A stretch of DNA of 64,000 nt from an uncultured Pseudomonadota bacterium (GCA_963736005.1 CAVTNB010000001.1:96001-160000); one strand, 5' to 3'. Counted from the stretch's first letter, positions 19,490 through 29,556 are shown. Program-made: numbers and translations. The notes: generated by a model not told the origin, from the sequence alone.

Positions 19490-19796
19490 TATCACGTTCG
19501 ACACGACGAAGCCGAAAGTGGCAGTGCAAAGTCGAGTCAATTTGGGCAGCTGGCAGAAGCCGGAGGCTTTCTTGATTCAGCCCTTACCCTGGTAGCCCGG
19601 TAAGGCCCACTAGTGCCGCGCTGACGAGCCTTACTTTGCCCCGAAGGCGCGCCCCAGGCCGAGAACGAAATCGCGACAAAATATCCATTTTGAACAACGT
19701 CCGTGCCCACGACGTGCCCACCATTAGGATGCGGGAACAGGATTAAGGCCCGAGGTAATGCTCGGAGCCACGTAACACGGGAGCTCAAGCCATCAA

Positions 19797-19869
19797 GCCG
19801 AGATAGCTCAGTTGGTAGAGCACAGGTCTGAAAAACCTGGTGTCGTCGGTTCGATTCCGACTCTCGGCA
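19797..19869 (+). tRNA. tRNA-Phe (GAA), CCA not encoded
   Basis: Acceptor GCCGAGA/TCTCGGC, D-arm AGCTCAGTTGGTAGAGC, anticodon arm CAGGT-CTGAAAA-ACCTG, T-loop GGTTCGATTCC. Confidence 0.95.
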
Positions 19870-19884
19870 CATCACCCAAGCCTG

Positions 19885-19912
19885 AAGCCCCCGGCCCATC
19901 AGCCGGGGGCTT
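19885..19912. terminator. Hairpin downstream of tRNA-Phe, probable bidirectional terminator
   Basis: Perfect 11-bp stem AAGCCCCCGGC/GCCGGGGGCTT between convergent genes. Confidence 0.65.
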
Positions 19913-19949
19913 AGCCAGCTGAGACCGTAGTTTGAAGTGCAGATCTATT

Positions 19950-20487
19950 CTATTGCTTGGGCCGAGGCCGCGCGAACAAAAATGACACGGGCACGGCGAA
20001 GTCCGGCAAGCTTGGATGGGTCACTGTGTCGTCGCGTTGGAAAAGCTGCTCCCCTGTGCAATCGCGTGCGGTGACGGCCTCGCGTGTGGTATCGACCAAG
20101 AATATGACTGACGCACCGCAGCTAAGGTAAACTCGAATCTTGTCCTCAACGTCCTTCTTTTGGTCACGAGGCGAGAGCACTTCGACGACCGCATCCGGCG
20201 CAACGCGCGGGTTATCCGCCGCTGATTCATCCTCATAAGGAACGCGTATACGAGAGATAAGCGACGTCGGGGACGAGTGGTCGTCGGACCTCCCCCGGCG
20301 GTTGTAAGCGAAACTCCCATTCAGTGCCAACCATTCCGCAACCGCGGTCACTTGCCCACGCGTTCAATGCGAGCGAAAACTTTATTTGGGCTAGCGCGTG
20401 TCTTCGCTGAGGGCTCACCTTTTGGAGCACCCTACCGTTGACCCATTCCAAAGCTGGCTTGGTTTCGGGGAGCACAATCTCGCGCAC
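19950..20487 (-). pseudogene. Uma2-family endonuclease, frameshifted near 20246 (possibly artefact)
   Basis: PETKPALEWVNG..KVSP..H..VPDVAY in one frame continues as RVP..APDAVVEVLSP..KIRVYL in another. Confidence 0.85.
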
Positions 20488-20602
20488 GATATTTGCTCAA
20501 GGACATTGTATCACGCGGAACGGGCGTTGGTCTATCCAGGAACCCGTTGCAACGGAGAATGCGGAACGCAGGTCAAACTATCGACCTTCGGGGGTTGCGA
20601 GC

Positions 20603-21121
20603 GTGAACGTCGTTATCAACTGCGGAATTTGTCAGGCGCGTCGTTGGCGACACGGCGATGAAGATCGGCTGGTCTTTCATGCCAACAACCAAAACGTGTC
20701 GGCTCAACTAAGAGATAAGTTTCCATCCCCCTATACCGCCGAAGAAGCACAAAAATGGTTGGCCTTTGCGACTCAGCAACAACCCTTGACCGATTTTGCC
20801 ATCGAATCTGAAGGCACGGTGGTTGGTGGAATTGGTCTCCAGCTTCATGGCGATATCGAACGCTGCTCGGCAGAAGTCGGTTACTGGCTTGGTGAAAGCG
20901 TGTGGGGCCGCGGAATAGCTGCTGCAGCGCTGCGCGGTATAACCGAGTATGGCTTTACTACTTTCGAATTCTCGCGGATCTACGCTCTTCCGTTTGCCGA
21001 TAATCTCCGTTCCCGCCGCGTATTGGAAAAGGCAGGCTTCGAGTACGAAGGAACGTTGCGAAAAAACGTGATCAAACGTGGGGTCGTGCACGACAGCGCA
21101 GTCTACGCTCGCATCAAATAA
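20603..21121 (+). CDS. GNAT N-acetyltransferase (RimJ/RimL-like)
   Basis: AEVGYWLGESVWGRGI and NLRSRRVLEKAGFEYEG. Confidence 0.9.
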   Translation: MNVVINCGICQARRWRHGDEDRLVFHANNQNVSAQLRDKFPSPYTAEEAQKWLAFATQQQPLTDFAIESEGTVVGGIGLQLHGDIERCSAEVGYWLGESVWGRGIAAAALRGITEYGFTTFEFSRIYALPFADNLRSRRVLEKAGFEYEGTLRKNVIKRGVVHDSAVYARIK

Positions 21122-21131
21122 CTCGGAACTG

Positions 21132-21983
21132 TCAGTTGTTGATGTCGTGGGGAGGTCCGACTTGGAGCCTGGCGGTGCGTTGGAGTTCATGTTCAAGGCC
21201 CGTGAGTTCACCGCCGCCGGCCATATGATAGATGAGTCGCTCGAGCGGCAAATGCTTGCGTGGGGCGTCAAGTTCGACTTGGCCAAGTTTGAGAACGACG
21301 AAGTGATCGCCAACAAGGTAGGCATGATGAGGGTTGTGCGAGACGAAGATGACCCCGATACCAGCATCGCGCGCTGCAGCGATGTATTTGAGCACGACAC
21401 CCGATTGTTTGACGCCGAGTGCGGCGGTGGGTTCGTCAAGGATCAGCACTCTCGCACCGAAGTAGATGGCGCGGGCAACAGCGACGACTTGGCGTTGTCC
21501 GCCAGAAAGTCTGCCGACAGGTTGTTCGATGTCAGCCACGGCAACGCCCATCTTTTTGAGCTCTTCGTCCGCGATCGCGCGCATTTTGTCCACGTTCAGG
21601 CGTCGCGTCAAGGCGCGGCCCGTGTTGATTTCGCTTCCAAGGAAGAAGTTTCGCCAGACCGACAACAACGGTATCATGGCAAGGTCTTGGTAGACGGCGG
21701 TAATGCCGAGGTCGAGCGCATCGCGGGGAGAATGAAAGTGCACAGGATGGCCATCCACGAGATAGGAGCCGCTATCGTACGAGTGGAGTCCGCAGATGAT
21801 TTTGATAAGCGTGGACTTGCCGGCACCGTTATCACCAAGAATACACGCCACTTCTCCGGCGCGCACTGAGAGGTCGACTCCCGAAACGGCGGTGATGTTG
21901 CCAAAATTCTTACCGATGCCGCGTAGTTCAACGATTGGGACTTCAGTGCGAACCTCGGTGCCAGTAGGGATGTCGGTTGTCAT
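21132..21983 (-). CDS. Sugar (inositol-type) ABC transporter ATP-binding protein
   Basis: GDNGAGKST, LSGGQRQ, ILDEPTAALG; ATGA overlap with the permease. Confidence 0.92.
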   Translation of the reverse strand: MTTDIPTGTEVRTEVPIVELRGIGKNFGNITAVSGVDLSVRAGEVACILGDNGAGKSTLIKIICGLHSYDSGSYLVDGHPVHFHSPRDALDLGITAVYQDLAMIPLLSVWRNFFLGSEINTGRALTRRLNVDKMRAIADEELKKMGVAVADIEQPVGRLSGGQRQVVAVARAIYFGARVLILDEPTAALGVKQSGVVLKYIAAARDAGIGVIFVSHNPHHAYLVGDHFVVLKLGQVELDAPRKHLPLERLIYHMAGGGELTGLEHELQRTARLQVGPPHDINN

Positions 21984-23023
21984 GCGAGAGCCGATCGTTT
22001 GCTGATTTGCCGGCGCACGAGCGTGTTCGTGACGGTTGCGATCAAAAGCATGACGCCCACGAAGAACAGCAGCCAATTGTTATCCCAGCCTGCGTAGACG
22101 ATGCCGAGTTTGGTCATGCCATAAATCAAGGCGCCGATGCCGGCGCCAATGGCGGTACCGTAGCCGCCTGTAAGCAGGCAGCCGCCCACAACGGCGGCCA
22201 TAATGTACAGCAGCTCGTTGCCCGGCCCTTCACCTGATTGCACGACGCTGTAGGTGAACAGTTGAATCATGCCGGTGAACCACACGGTGAAACCGACGGC
22301 GAGATAGAGGCCAATTTTTACTTTGGGCACAGGAACACCGACCGCCCGCGCGGCATCAGCGTTGCCGCCAACAGCGTAGATCCAGTTACCGACCTGCGTA
22401 TGCAGTAACACCCACGTGCCGACCGCGATAAAAGCCAGCCACCACAGCACGGCGACGTGCAGGTGAATGCTCCCAACAGTGAATTCGCTGGCGAAAATTG
22501 CTTTGGCGGACGCGAAGCCTCCCAAGTTCGAGATGTCGTTGGTGGCCACGCTACCAGTGAGCACCTTGGTTAGCGCGATGTTGATGCCTTGAAGCATTAG
22601 AAACGTCGATAGGGTCACCAAAAAGCTCGGGAGCTTGGTGATGATCAACAGCCAGCCGTTGACGAACGCGATGAGCAGCGCCAGCGCCAACCCGACAGCG
22701 ACACCCGCCCAGACGTTGATCGACAGTTGGTAGGAGAACATCGCCGCCGCCAACGCGGAAGAAACCACCGCTACACCAGCCGACAGGTCGAACTCGCCTC
22801 CAATCATCAACAAGGCCACTCCAACCGCGGGGATACCCAACGTGGCGGATTCGTACAACATGTTCGACCAGGACCTTGGCAGACGAAAGGCTGGTGCGAG
22901 CAGATAGAAAAGGACGAATACTGCAACGGCGCCGACAAGCGATCCCATCTCGGGGCGCGCCGCTATACGCCAAAAAGGCGAACGTTTACCCGTCTGGATC
23001 GATGAAACGGCAGCCTGCGCTAT
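21980..23023 (-). CDS. Sugar ABC transporter permease; start uncertain (ATA at 23023 or ATG at 22948)
   Basis: GEFDLSAG, LPSFLVTL, GGNADAARAVGVP and AAVVGGCLLTGGYG motifs. Confidence 0.9.
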   Translation of the reverse strand: MAQAAVSSIQTGKRSPFWRIAARPEMGSLVGAVAVFVLFYLLAPAFRLPRSWSNMLYESATLGIPAVGVALLMIGGEFDLSAGVAVVSSALAAAMFSYQLSINVWAGVAVGLALALLIAFVNGWLLIITKLPSFLVTLSTFLMLQGINIALTKVLTGSVATNDISNLGGFASAKAIFASEFTVGSIHLHVAVLWWLAFIAVGTWVLLHTQVGNWIYAVGGNADAARAVGVPVPKVKIGLYLAVGFTVWFTGMIQLFTYSVVQSGEGPGNELLYIMAAVVGGCLLTGGYGTAIGAGIGALIYGMTKLGIVYAGWDNNWLLFFVGVMLLIATVTNTLVRRQISKRSALA

Positions 23024-23997
23024 CGCGTGCCCCTTGCAGCGAACGTTGCGATCTGAGCAACGTTGCTTTGGTCAACGAACGATGGCCCGGTCAACACGGC
23101 TTGCGCATTACCGCCAAAAGTGTCACCGTTGTTCTTGAACAGCGCCAACGCTTCAACCGCGAGGTAACCCTGCAAATAGGGCTGCTGATCAACGGCCCAC
23201 TCTAACTTGCCTTGTTGAATGGCCTGCACTGCCTGCTTGTTCGTATCGAAGGTGGCCACCTTGGCATGGCTTCCTGCCGAATTGACCGACTGCAACGCGA
23301 TCATCGCAAAAGGCGCACCCAGCGTAACGACTTGATCGATGCTCGGATCTTGCTGCAGTTTCGAGGTAATGGAAGCTTGCACGTCCGGCGGGTTCTGTCC
23401 GTTCACGTATAACATGTCCGTCTGCCCGCGGAACGCCTTCTTCAATGAGGAACAGCGTGTCTCCAGCGCCACTTGACCTTGCTCCTGGATCACGCACAAC
23501 GCGTGTTTTGCGCCGATCGAGTTCAACCGCTCGCCAAACTCGGTGCCTGCGATCGCTTCGTCAGAGCCGAAATACTCCATCGCTCCGATGGACTTCCAGT
23601 TGTCCATCCCCGAGTTGAAAGCCACCACCGGAATGTTGCTGGCCCTCGCCTTCCGCACGACGTCAGCCATCGCATTTGGTTTCGCAAGGGTTAACGCGAT
23701 CCCGTCGACTCTCTGATCGATCGCGTTTTGTACCAACTCTGCCTGTTGCGCTGCCGATGGATCCGAATAGTATCTTAACGTCACATTGTTCTTGGCAGCC
23801 GCGTCCTGCGCGCCCTTACGCACTAAATCCCAGAACGCGTCGCCGGGTGTCTGATGCGTGATCATCGCTACGGTGATCGGTGACGAGGCGACCCAACCAG
23901 TTGATTGCCGAGCGCTCTGCGAGCTGCAGGCGGTCAAAGCGACAAACGCAGCAACGAACAACGCGGCAAACGCCCACGATCTCAAATGAGGTATCAA
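23020..23997 (-). CDS. Sugar ABC substrate-binding lipoprotein
   Basis: Lipobox LTAC, GDAFWDLVRKGA, DQQPYLQGY; GAGGA RBS before TTG. Confidence 0.9.
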   Translation of the reverse strand: MIPHLRSWAFAALFVAAFVALTACSSQSARQSTGWVASSPITVAMITHQTPGDAFWDLVRKGAQDAAAKNNVTLRYYSDPSAAQQAELVQNAIDQRVDGIALTLAKPNAMADVVRKARASNIPVVAFNSGMDNWKSIGAMEYFGSDEAIAGTEFGERLNSIGAKHALCVIQEQGQVALETRCSSLKKAFRGQTDMLYVNGQNPPDVQASITSKLQQDPSIDQVVTLGAPFAMIALQSVNSAGSHAKVATFDTNKQAVQAIQQGKLEWAVDQQPYLQGYLAVEALALFKNNGDTFGGNAQAVLTGPSFVDQSNVAQIATFAARGTR

Positions 23998-24017
23998 AGA
24001 AATTCCTCTCAGCTGGA

Positions 24018-24941
24018 TCAGCCTTGCTTTTGCCCCGAGCCCAGTCCACAACTGTTCAGGTATTTACGTGTGCGAATGGCAATCGGCAGCGGCACATCGG
24101 GCTCACATGGATACAAGTCTTGTTCGACGATTACGAACACGCGGGCATCGACTCCTTGGAGCGCGGCGATCACGGAAGCTGGATCCGGATCGCCAGCTGG
24201 TGGCTCAACGCATACTCCGCGTCGCACCGCTTCGCCAAAGGAAAGATTCTCTTCGCGTACCGCTTTGAGCTTCTCGCGGTCTATCTGTTTTATGTGTACG
24301 TAGCCAATGCGATGTGGGAACCGACAGATGAGCGCGATGGGGTCGCCGCCTGCGTAGACCACGTGGCCTGTGTCCAAGCAGAGCCAAACGTAATCTGGAT
24401 CCGTGCCTTCCAGGAAACGTTCGATCTCTGGCTGCGTTTGGATGTGGCTGTCGGCATGCGAGTGCAAGCAGAGCCGGATGTCATAGTCGTTCAAGAGGAC
24501 CTTCCCGAGTTCGTTGGCCGCGCGGATAAGCTTTGCCCATGCAGAGTCGTCGAGCGTGAGAGCATCGCAGTATTCGCCGGTCTTCTCGTCACGGAACATC
24601 TTTGGAAGAAAAACAAGATTATGCGCACCGACCGCAGCGGTTAGTTCGGCAACTTTTCGTGCGGTGCTCATCGTTTGTTCTAGCTCGTCTGAACGGTGCA
24701 GTGCGCCGGCCATCGTGCCGCCAGAGACCGCTAGTCCGCGCTTGGTCAGTTCATGAGAAAGGAGCGCATGGTTCGTGGGCAGATAGCCGTAAGGTCCCAA
24801 CTCGATCCAATCGTAGCCCGCTTCGGCCACTTCATCGAGAAACCGATGCCATGGAATCTGTCGCTCGTCGTCAGGAAACCAGACACCCCAGGAATCCGGC
24901 GCCGAACCTAGCTGCAGCTTTTCGCTCCCCCACGTAGTCAT
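24018..24941 (-). CDS. iolE: IolE-like myo-inosose-2 dehydratase (sugar phosphate isomerase/epimerase TIM barrel)
   Basis: APDSWGVWF, ELGPYGYLPT, HSHADSH, CLDTGH, VEQD; heads a sugar ABC operon. Confidence 0.75.
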   Translation of the reverse strand: MTTWGSEKLQLGSAPDSWGVWFPDDERQIPWHRFLDEVAEAGYDWIELGPYGYLPTNHALLSHELTKRGLAVSGGTMAGALHRSDELEQTMSTARKVAELTAAVGAHNLVFLPKMFRDEKTGEYCDALTLDDSAWAKLIRAANELGKVLLNDYDIRLCLHSHADSHIQTQPEIERFLEGTDPDYVWLCLDTGHVVYAGGDPIALICRFPHRIGYVHIKQIDREKLKAVREENLSFGEAVRRGVCVEPPAGDPDPASVIAALQGVDARVFVIVEQDLYPCEPDVPLPIAIRTRKYLNSCGLGSGQKQG

Positions 24942-25073
24942 GATCTCGCCGCCGTTCTTTTGTGGAGGCGTTTAACTTCCCTAAGCCGCATTAGCAACGT
25001 GCCACGAGTATTTTTCTCTCTGTCGCGCAGCTCCGCACGCGCAGAAGAACCCTCATTATATGGGCCTCTGAGA

Positions 25074-25149
25074 TGGAGCGGGAGACGAGGTTCGAACTCG
25101 CGACCCTCAGCTTGGGAAGCTGATGCTCTACCAACTGAGCTACTCCCGC
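25074..25149 (-). tRNA. tRNA-Gly (CCC) with encoded CCA
   Basis: Reverse complement GCGGGAGTAGCTCAGTTGGTAGAGCATCAGCTTCCCAAGCTGAGGGTCGCGAGTTCGAACCTCGTCTCCCGCTCCA. Confidence 0.97.
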
Positions 25150-25238
25150 GTATGAATTGATTTCTTCGGATTGGCGCAGCATCCCCGCCTGAACGCCTTG
25201 CCCGGTTCGCATCATAGAAACGAGGGTAAAACGGCAAT

Positions 25239-25412
25239 ATGCCATTCTCAAAATGCGATAATGTCTTGTGCTTATGCGTGGTCAGCGATCACACAACGAG
25301 TACCAGTTTTTGCAGCGATGCCTGCCGGCACGTCAGCCCCGGCACGACCCAATGCAAGTGTGGGCATCCCGAGTGCGAGCACGCAGATCCATCTCAGCGC
25401 CAGCTTCGATAA
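25239..25412 (+). CDS. Bacterial metallothionein-like small protein (57 aa, absent from ORF track)
   Basis: MPFSKCDNVLCLCVVSDHTTSTSFCSDACRHVSPGTTQCKCGHPECEHADPSQRQLR: 8 Cys, 4 His, with CxC, FCSDAC and CxCGHPEC spacing. Confidence 0.8.
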   Translation: MPFSKCDNVLCLCVVSDHTTSTSFCSDACRHVSPGTTQCKCGHPECEHADPSQRQLR

Positions 25413-25525
25413 TCGCTGATCCGGCGGATGTCTTCACTCCGCAGCATGATACTTGAAAACCCCAGCGAATGCTGTTCGCCCCGGCGCTCGTCGGCCGGCC
25501 GCATTCAACGAGCCAGGAGGTACTC

Positions 25526-25903
25526 ATGGCAACTGCAGGTGCAATCAAAGTTAAGGGCTACGATGCGACCTACTACATGGTGAAGGATCTCGATCGCGCA
25601 ACGAAGTTTTACAATGACTTGCTCCAAATGACACCGACGTTTACAGTGCCCGGCATGGTCTCGGAATACACGTTCCCGACAGGGGAGACTTTTGGGCTCT
25701 ACCGGCCGCCCGAAGGCGATTGGGAAGTGGGTCATGGCGTCCTCTTCGCGGTCGACGACGTCGCCACGGCAGTCGCAGATTTCAAATCGCGCGGCGTCGA
25801 CTTTGACGATGATGGCAAGATCGATGAGACGCCCATGTGTTTCATGGCATTTGGCCACGATACCGAGGGAAATCGCTTTATCATCCACGAGTTGAAACAC
25901 TGA
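25526..25903 (+). CDS. VOC/glyoxalase family protein
   Basis: VKDLDRATKFY, FAVDDV, DTEGNRFIIHE; AGGAGG RBS. Confidence 0.88.
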   Translation: MATAGAIKVKGYDATYYMVKDLDRATKFYNDLLQMTPTFTVPGMVSEYTFPTGETFGLYRPPEGDWEVGHGVLFAVDDVATAVADFKSRGVDFDDDGKIDETPMCFMAFGHDTEGNRFIIHELKH

Positions 25904-25913
25904 TAGCGGGCCT

Positions 25914-26249
25914 GTGACCAGGCAGGCGCAGGTCGAGCACATTTCTCTTGCGCGGGCGCAGGGAGCGCCCTTGACCCCGGGTGACCTCTCGTCACTTCTG
26001 CTGACGCACGGCAGCATGACGCTTGAGTACTATGCGCCGCGTGGCGTCGACAAGCAAACACCTCATAGTAAGGATGAGATTTACATCATCACGAGCGGGC
26101 AGGGTTGGTTTCGTTACGGCGCGGAGCGCGTGCGATTCGCGCCGGGCGATGCACTTTTCGTCGCGGCAGGCGTGGAGCACAAATTTGAGGAGTTCGGCGA
26201 CGATTTCGAAGCGTGGGTGATTTTTTATGGCTCGGAAGGCGGCGAATGA
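25914..26249 (+). CDS. Cupin domain protein
   Basis: QTPHSKDEIY and GDALFVAAGVEHKF. Confidence 0.88.
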   Translation: MTRQAQVEHISLARAQGAPLTPGDLSSLLLTHGSMTLEYYAPRGVDKQTPHSKDEIYIITSGQGWFRYGAERVRFAPGDALFVAAGVEHKFEEFGDDFEAWVIFYGSEGGE

Positions 26250-26416
26250 TCGCCAGGCTTCGCTCGTCGCGCCAGCAGCCAGCCAGCCCCGCCCACAACG
26301 GCAGCGATCGTCAGCACGCCCGCGACAATTCGAAGCACGGTCGCGGTGGCATTGGGACGACGCTTCTTGGGCCGTTGTTGCGCATCAGATGCTGGAGTGG
26401 GCGCGGGCGAGGCCAT
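26225..26416 (-). CDS. Small single-TM hypothetical protein
   Basis: Basic patch followed by a hydrophobic helix; fills an otherwise empty gap. Confidence 0.4.
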   Translation of the reverse strand: MASPAPTPASDAQQRPKKRRPNATATVLRIVAGVLTIAAVVGGAGWLLARRAKPGDHSPPSEP

Positions 26417-26431
26417 GTCGACACGTTCTAG

Positions 26432-26487
26432 AGCGGACCTAAAGGTCCGCTGCTACATAGCGGGGCGATTTTCGGATTGCCCCCTAC
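26432..26487 (-). repeat. REP-like doublet (class B + class A)
   Basis: Reverse complements GTAGGGGGCAATCCGAAAATCGCCCC and GTAGCAGCGGACCTTTAGGTCCGCT. Confidence 0.85.
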
Positions 26488-26503
26488 GAATAACTACATC
26501 GAG

Positions 26504-27430
26504 ATGAAGAGAGTGGTCATTCCAGCGCGTGTCAACGAAGCGACCATGCGCTTCGGGCCTCGCGAAGTTTCGCTGACTAATCTTACCAAGGTCTTCTGGC
26601 CCGATCTTGGTATCACCAAGCGCGACTTGCTGCAATATTACGCCGACGTCGCCGCCGTCTTGCTACCCCATCTTCACGATCGGGCAATGGTGATGAAGCG
26701 CTATCCCAATGGCGCTTATAAAGAATTCTTCTTTATGAAGCGCGCGCCGTCGCCACGACCGCCATGGATCGAGATCTGTACCATAAAGCACTCCTCGGGC
26801 AACGTGATTGACTTTCCCATGATCCAGGACGTTCCATCACTGCTGTGGGTCATCAATTTGGGCTGTATCGATCTCAATCAGTGGTACGCCCGTTGCGACG
26901 ACGTTGACACGCCCGACTACGTTCATTTCGACCTCGATCCAGTCCCTGGCGCCACCTTCGAGAGGGTGCTCGAGAGCGCGCTCATCGTGCACAAGGCGCT
27001 CGACAAACTTGGGATGCCCAATGTTGTCAAGACAAGCGGCTCGCGCGGCATGCACGTTTACGTTCCGATCGTTCGCGGCCCCACACAAAAAGAGGTCTGG
27101 ACTTTCGCCAAAGCGTTCGCCCATAGCTTGGCGCCAGAGCATGCCAAACTGCTGACGGTTGTTTATAAGACCGCGAACCGTCCGCGCGGGCGCGTGCTCC
27201 TCGACTACAATCAAAACGCGTGGGGTCGCACCCTTGCATCGGTTTATTCGGTTCGGCCAAAGCGGCGCGCACCGGTGTCGACGCCGGTGACGTGGCGTGA
27301 AGTCGAGCGCGGCTTGCGCATCGAAGACTTTCGTATGGACAATGTGCCGGCGCGAGTCCGCAAGCTCGGCGATCTTTGGGAGTCGTTGCTCGCACGAAGC
27401 GGGCGGTTTGATTTGCGCAGGTACTTATGA
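26504..27430 (+). CDS. Stand-alone LigD polymerase (primase-polymerase) domain
   Basis: LTNLTKVFWP, KRYPNG, FDLDP, KTSGSRGMHVY, DYNQN, YSVR. Confidence 0.92.
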   Translation: MKRVVIPARVNEATMRFGPREVSLTNLTKVFWPDLGITKRDLLQYYADVAAVLLPHLHDRAMVMKRYPNGAYKEFFFMKRAPSPRPPWIEICTIKHSSGNVIDFPMIQDVPSLLWVINLGCIDLNQWYARCDDVDTPDYVHFDLDPVPGATFERVLESALIVHKALDKLGMPNVVKTSGSRGMHVYVPIVRGPTQKEVWTFAKAFAHSLAPEHAKLLTVVYKTANRPRGRVLLDYNQNAWGRTLASVYSVRPKRRAPVSTPVTWREVERGLRIEDFRMDNVPARVRKLGDLWESLLARSGRFDLRRYL

Positions 27431-28473
27431 CGGCAAAGAAAATGCGGCTGCCGATCACCCCTCCGTACCCGCCGATGGAAACCAGATCCAGCGAAACAAT
27501 TCCCACGGGCGACGAGTGGCAGTACGAGCCCAAGTGGGATGGTTTTCGCTGCCTTGTCTTCAGAGATGGCGACGAGATATTTTTGCAGTCAAAGAACGGC
27601 TTGCCATTGGCGCGCTACTTTCCAGAAATGGTGGAGCATGTACGCGCGCTCAAGGCCAAAAAGTTCGTGCTCGACGGCGAACTCGTGATCCGCGTGGGGA
27701 AATCACTTTCTTTCGAGGAGCTGCAGAACCGTCTTCACCCGGCAGAGAGTCGAGTGCGCAAGCTCTCGCGCGAACATCCGGCAAGCTATTTGGTCTTTGA
27801 CCTCCTCGCGGACGACCGCGGAACAAGTTTGGTCGCGATGCCTTTACGCGAGCGCCGGCGTCGCCTCGAGGCGTTTGCAAAGCGGTATTTTAGCGGCGGC
27901 AGCATTCGGCTGTCTAAAGCGACCAAGCAACGCCGGGTTGTCGATACTTGGCTCTCCTCTGTGGGAGGCGCGCTCGATGGCATCATTGCGAAGCGTCTCG
28001 ATCTCGACTACCGGTCCGGCGATCGCACGGGAGCCCAAAAGATCAAGAAGCTGCGCACGGCTGACTGCGTCGTCGGAGGCTTTCGCTACGCCAGCGGCAG
28101 CAAAGTCATTGGATCCCTCTTGCTGGGTTTGTTCGACGATCGCGGCCTCCTCAATCATGTCGGCTTTACGTCGGGGTTGAGCGTAGACGAACGCAAGACT
28201 CTCGTGCGCACCCTCAAACCGCTCATCCGGCCACCTGGCTTTACCGGCCGTGCACCGGGTGGCCCGAGTCGCTGGAGCACGGATCGCACCGACCAGTGGG
28301 AACCGCTCGCACCGAAACTTGTTGTTGAGGTGAGTTTCGATCATGTGAGCGATGACCGATTTCGTCATGGAACGCGCTTGTTGCGCTGGCGTCCGGACAA
28401 ATCGCCGCGGCAGTGCACGATGGAGCAACTGGAGTCTGCCGGCGGTGCTTCGGTCTTAAAATTGAGCACCTAG
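27427..28473 (+). CDS. ligC: ATP-dependent DNA ligase (LigC type)
   Basis: YEPKWDGFR, LDGE, RTADCVVGG, GGPSRWS, RFRHG..WRPDK. Confidence 0.9.
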   Translation: MTAKKMRLPITPPYPPMETRSSETIPTGDEWQYEPKWDGFRCLVFRDGDEIFLQSKNGLPLARYFPEMVEHVRALKAKKFVLDGELVIRVGKSLSFEELQNRLHPAESRVRKLSREHPASYLVFDLLADDRGTSLVAMPLRERRRRLEAFAKRYFSGGSIRLSKATKQRRVVDTWLSSVGGALDGIIAKRLDLDYRSGDRTGAQKIKKLRTADCVVGGFRYASGSKVIGSLLLGLFDDRGLLNHVGFTSGLSVDERKTLVRTLKPLIRPPGFTGRAPGGPSRWSTDRTDQWEPLAPKLVVEVSFDHVSDDRFRHGTRLLRWRPDKSPRQCTMEQLESAGGASVLKLST

Positions 28474-28504
28474 GGACGGCCGCGATCACTTCGCGTCACG
28501 AGGT

Positions 28505-29518
28505 TTATCCGCCGATGCGCGACATCTCAACTTTCGGTCGCCCGGCGGTCTGCTGCGTTCGTATCTCGGAGTAGCGATCGTCGCGCACGCGCCATCTCAC
28601 CTTCAGGGCGTCAGTAATCTCCGAATCGGAGTTACCGCCACGGATCAATGCGCGAACATCGAAGCCAGAAGAGGCGAACAGACATGTGTAGAGCTGCCCA
28701 TCGGAGGAGAGTCTCGCGCGCGTGCAGTCGCCGCAGAATGGTTGCGTGACGGACGCGATAATGCCGATCTCCCCGCTGCCATCGCGGTAGCGATAGCGGC
28801 GGGCAACCTCACCGCGATAATTCGGCTCGAGCGCTTCGAGCGGCAGCTGCGCATCGATCAAGTGGAAGATTTCCATTGCAGACACTACATCATCCAGGCG
28901 CCAGCCATTTGTGCTCCCGACGTCCATGTATTCAATGAAGCGCAAGATGCAGCCGGTGCCTTGGAAATGCCGCGCCATGTCCACGAGCGTGTGCTCGTTC
29001 ATTCCGCGCTTGACGACGACGTTGATCTTGAGGAGGCCAAGCCCCGCATGCAGTGCGGCTTCGATGCCTTCAAGGACACGGCTCACCGGAAATTCGACGT
29101 CATTCATCGACCGGAAGACCGCGTCGTCGAGCGAATCCAAGCTGACCGAGACGCGCTGCAAGCCCGCGGCTTTGAGTGCGCTGGCCTTGCCCGCGAGCAG
29201 CGAGCCGTTCGTCGTCAGGGTGAGATCCCGAAGATCCGGTATGCGCGAGAGCATCTCAACCAACTTTTCGATATCGCGGCGCAGAAGCGGCTCTCCCCCT
29301 GTGAGGCGTATTTTTTCGACGCCAAGCGCCACAAAAATCTCCGCGGCCCGCGTGATCTCCTCAAACGAAAGCAGCTCTCCGGACGGCAAGAAATGGAAGT
29401 CTCGACCGAAGACCTCCTTCGGCATGCAGTACGTGCACCGAAAGTTGCAGCGATCGGTGACGGAAATGCGCAGATCTCGAAGGGGGCGGTTAAGGGAATC
29501 GAGCACGGGGCCAGGCAT
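28505..29518 (-). CDS. moaA: GTP 3',8-cyclase (radical SAM)
   Basis: [28 protein letters not shown]-terminal MSRIGG. Confidence 0.97.
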   Translation of the reverse strand: MPGPVLDSLNRPLRDLRISVTDRCNFRCTYCMPKEVFGRDFHFLPSGELLSFEEITRAAEIFVALGVEKIRLTGGEPLLRRDIEKLVEMLSRIPDLRDLTLTTNGSLLAGKASALKAAGLQRVSVSLDSLDDAVFRSMNDVEFPVSRVLEGIEAALHAGLGLLKINVVVKRGMNEHTLVDMARHFQGTGCILRFIEYMDVGSTNGWRLDDVVSAMEIFHLIDAQLPLEALEPNYRGEVARRYRYRDGSGEIGIIASVTQPFCGDCTRARLSSDGQLYTCLFASSGFDVRALIRGGNSDSEITDALKVRWRVRDDRYSEIRTQQTAGRPKVEMSRIGG

Positions 29519-29556
29519 TTGGCTGACTTCTTGTCGGCATCGCGTCGTTCCCGTGG

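Noticed and set aside
19621..19670. CTGACGAG...CGAAA hammerhead-like core upstream of tRNA-Phe
   Set aside because: No stem II closes directly onto GAAA, and no stem III/cleavage triplet could be built.
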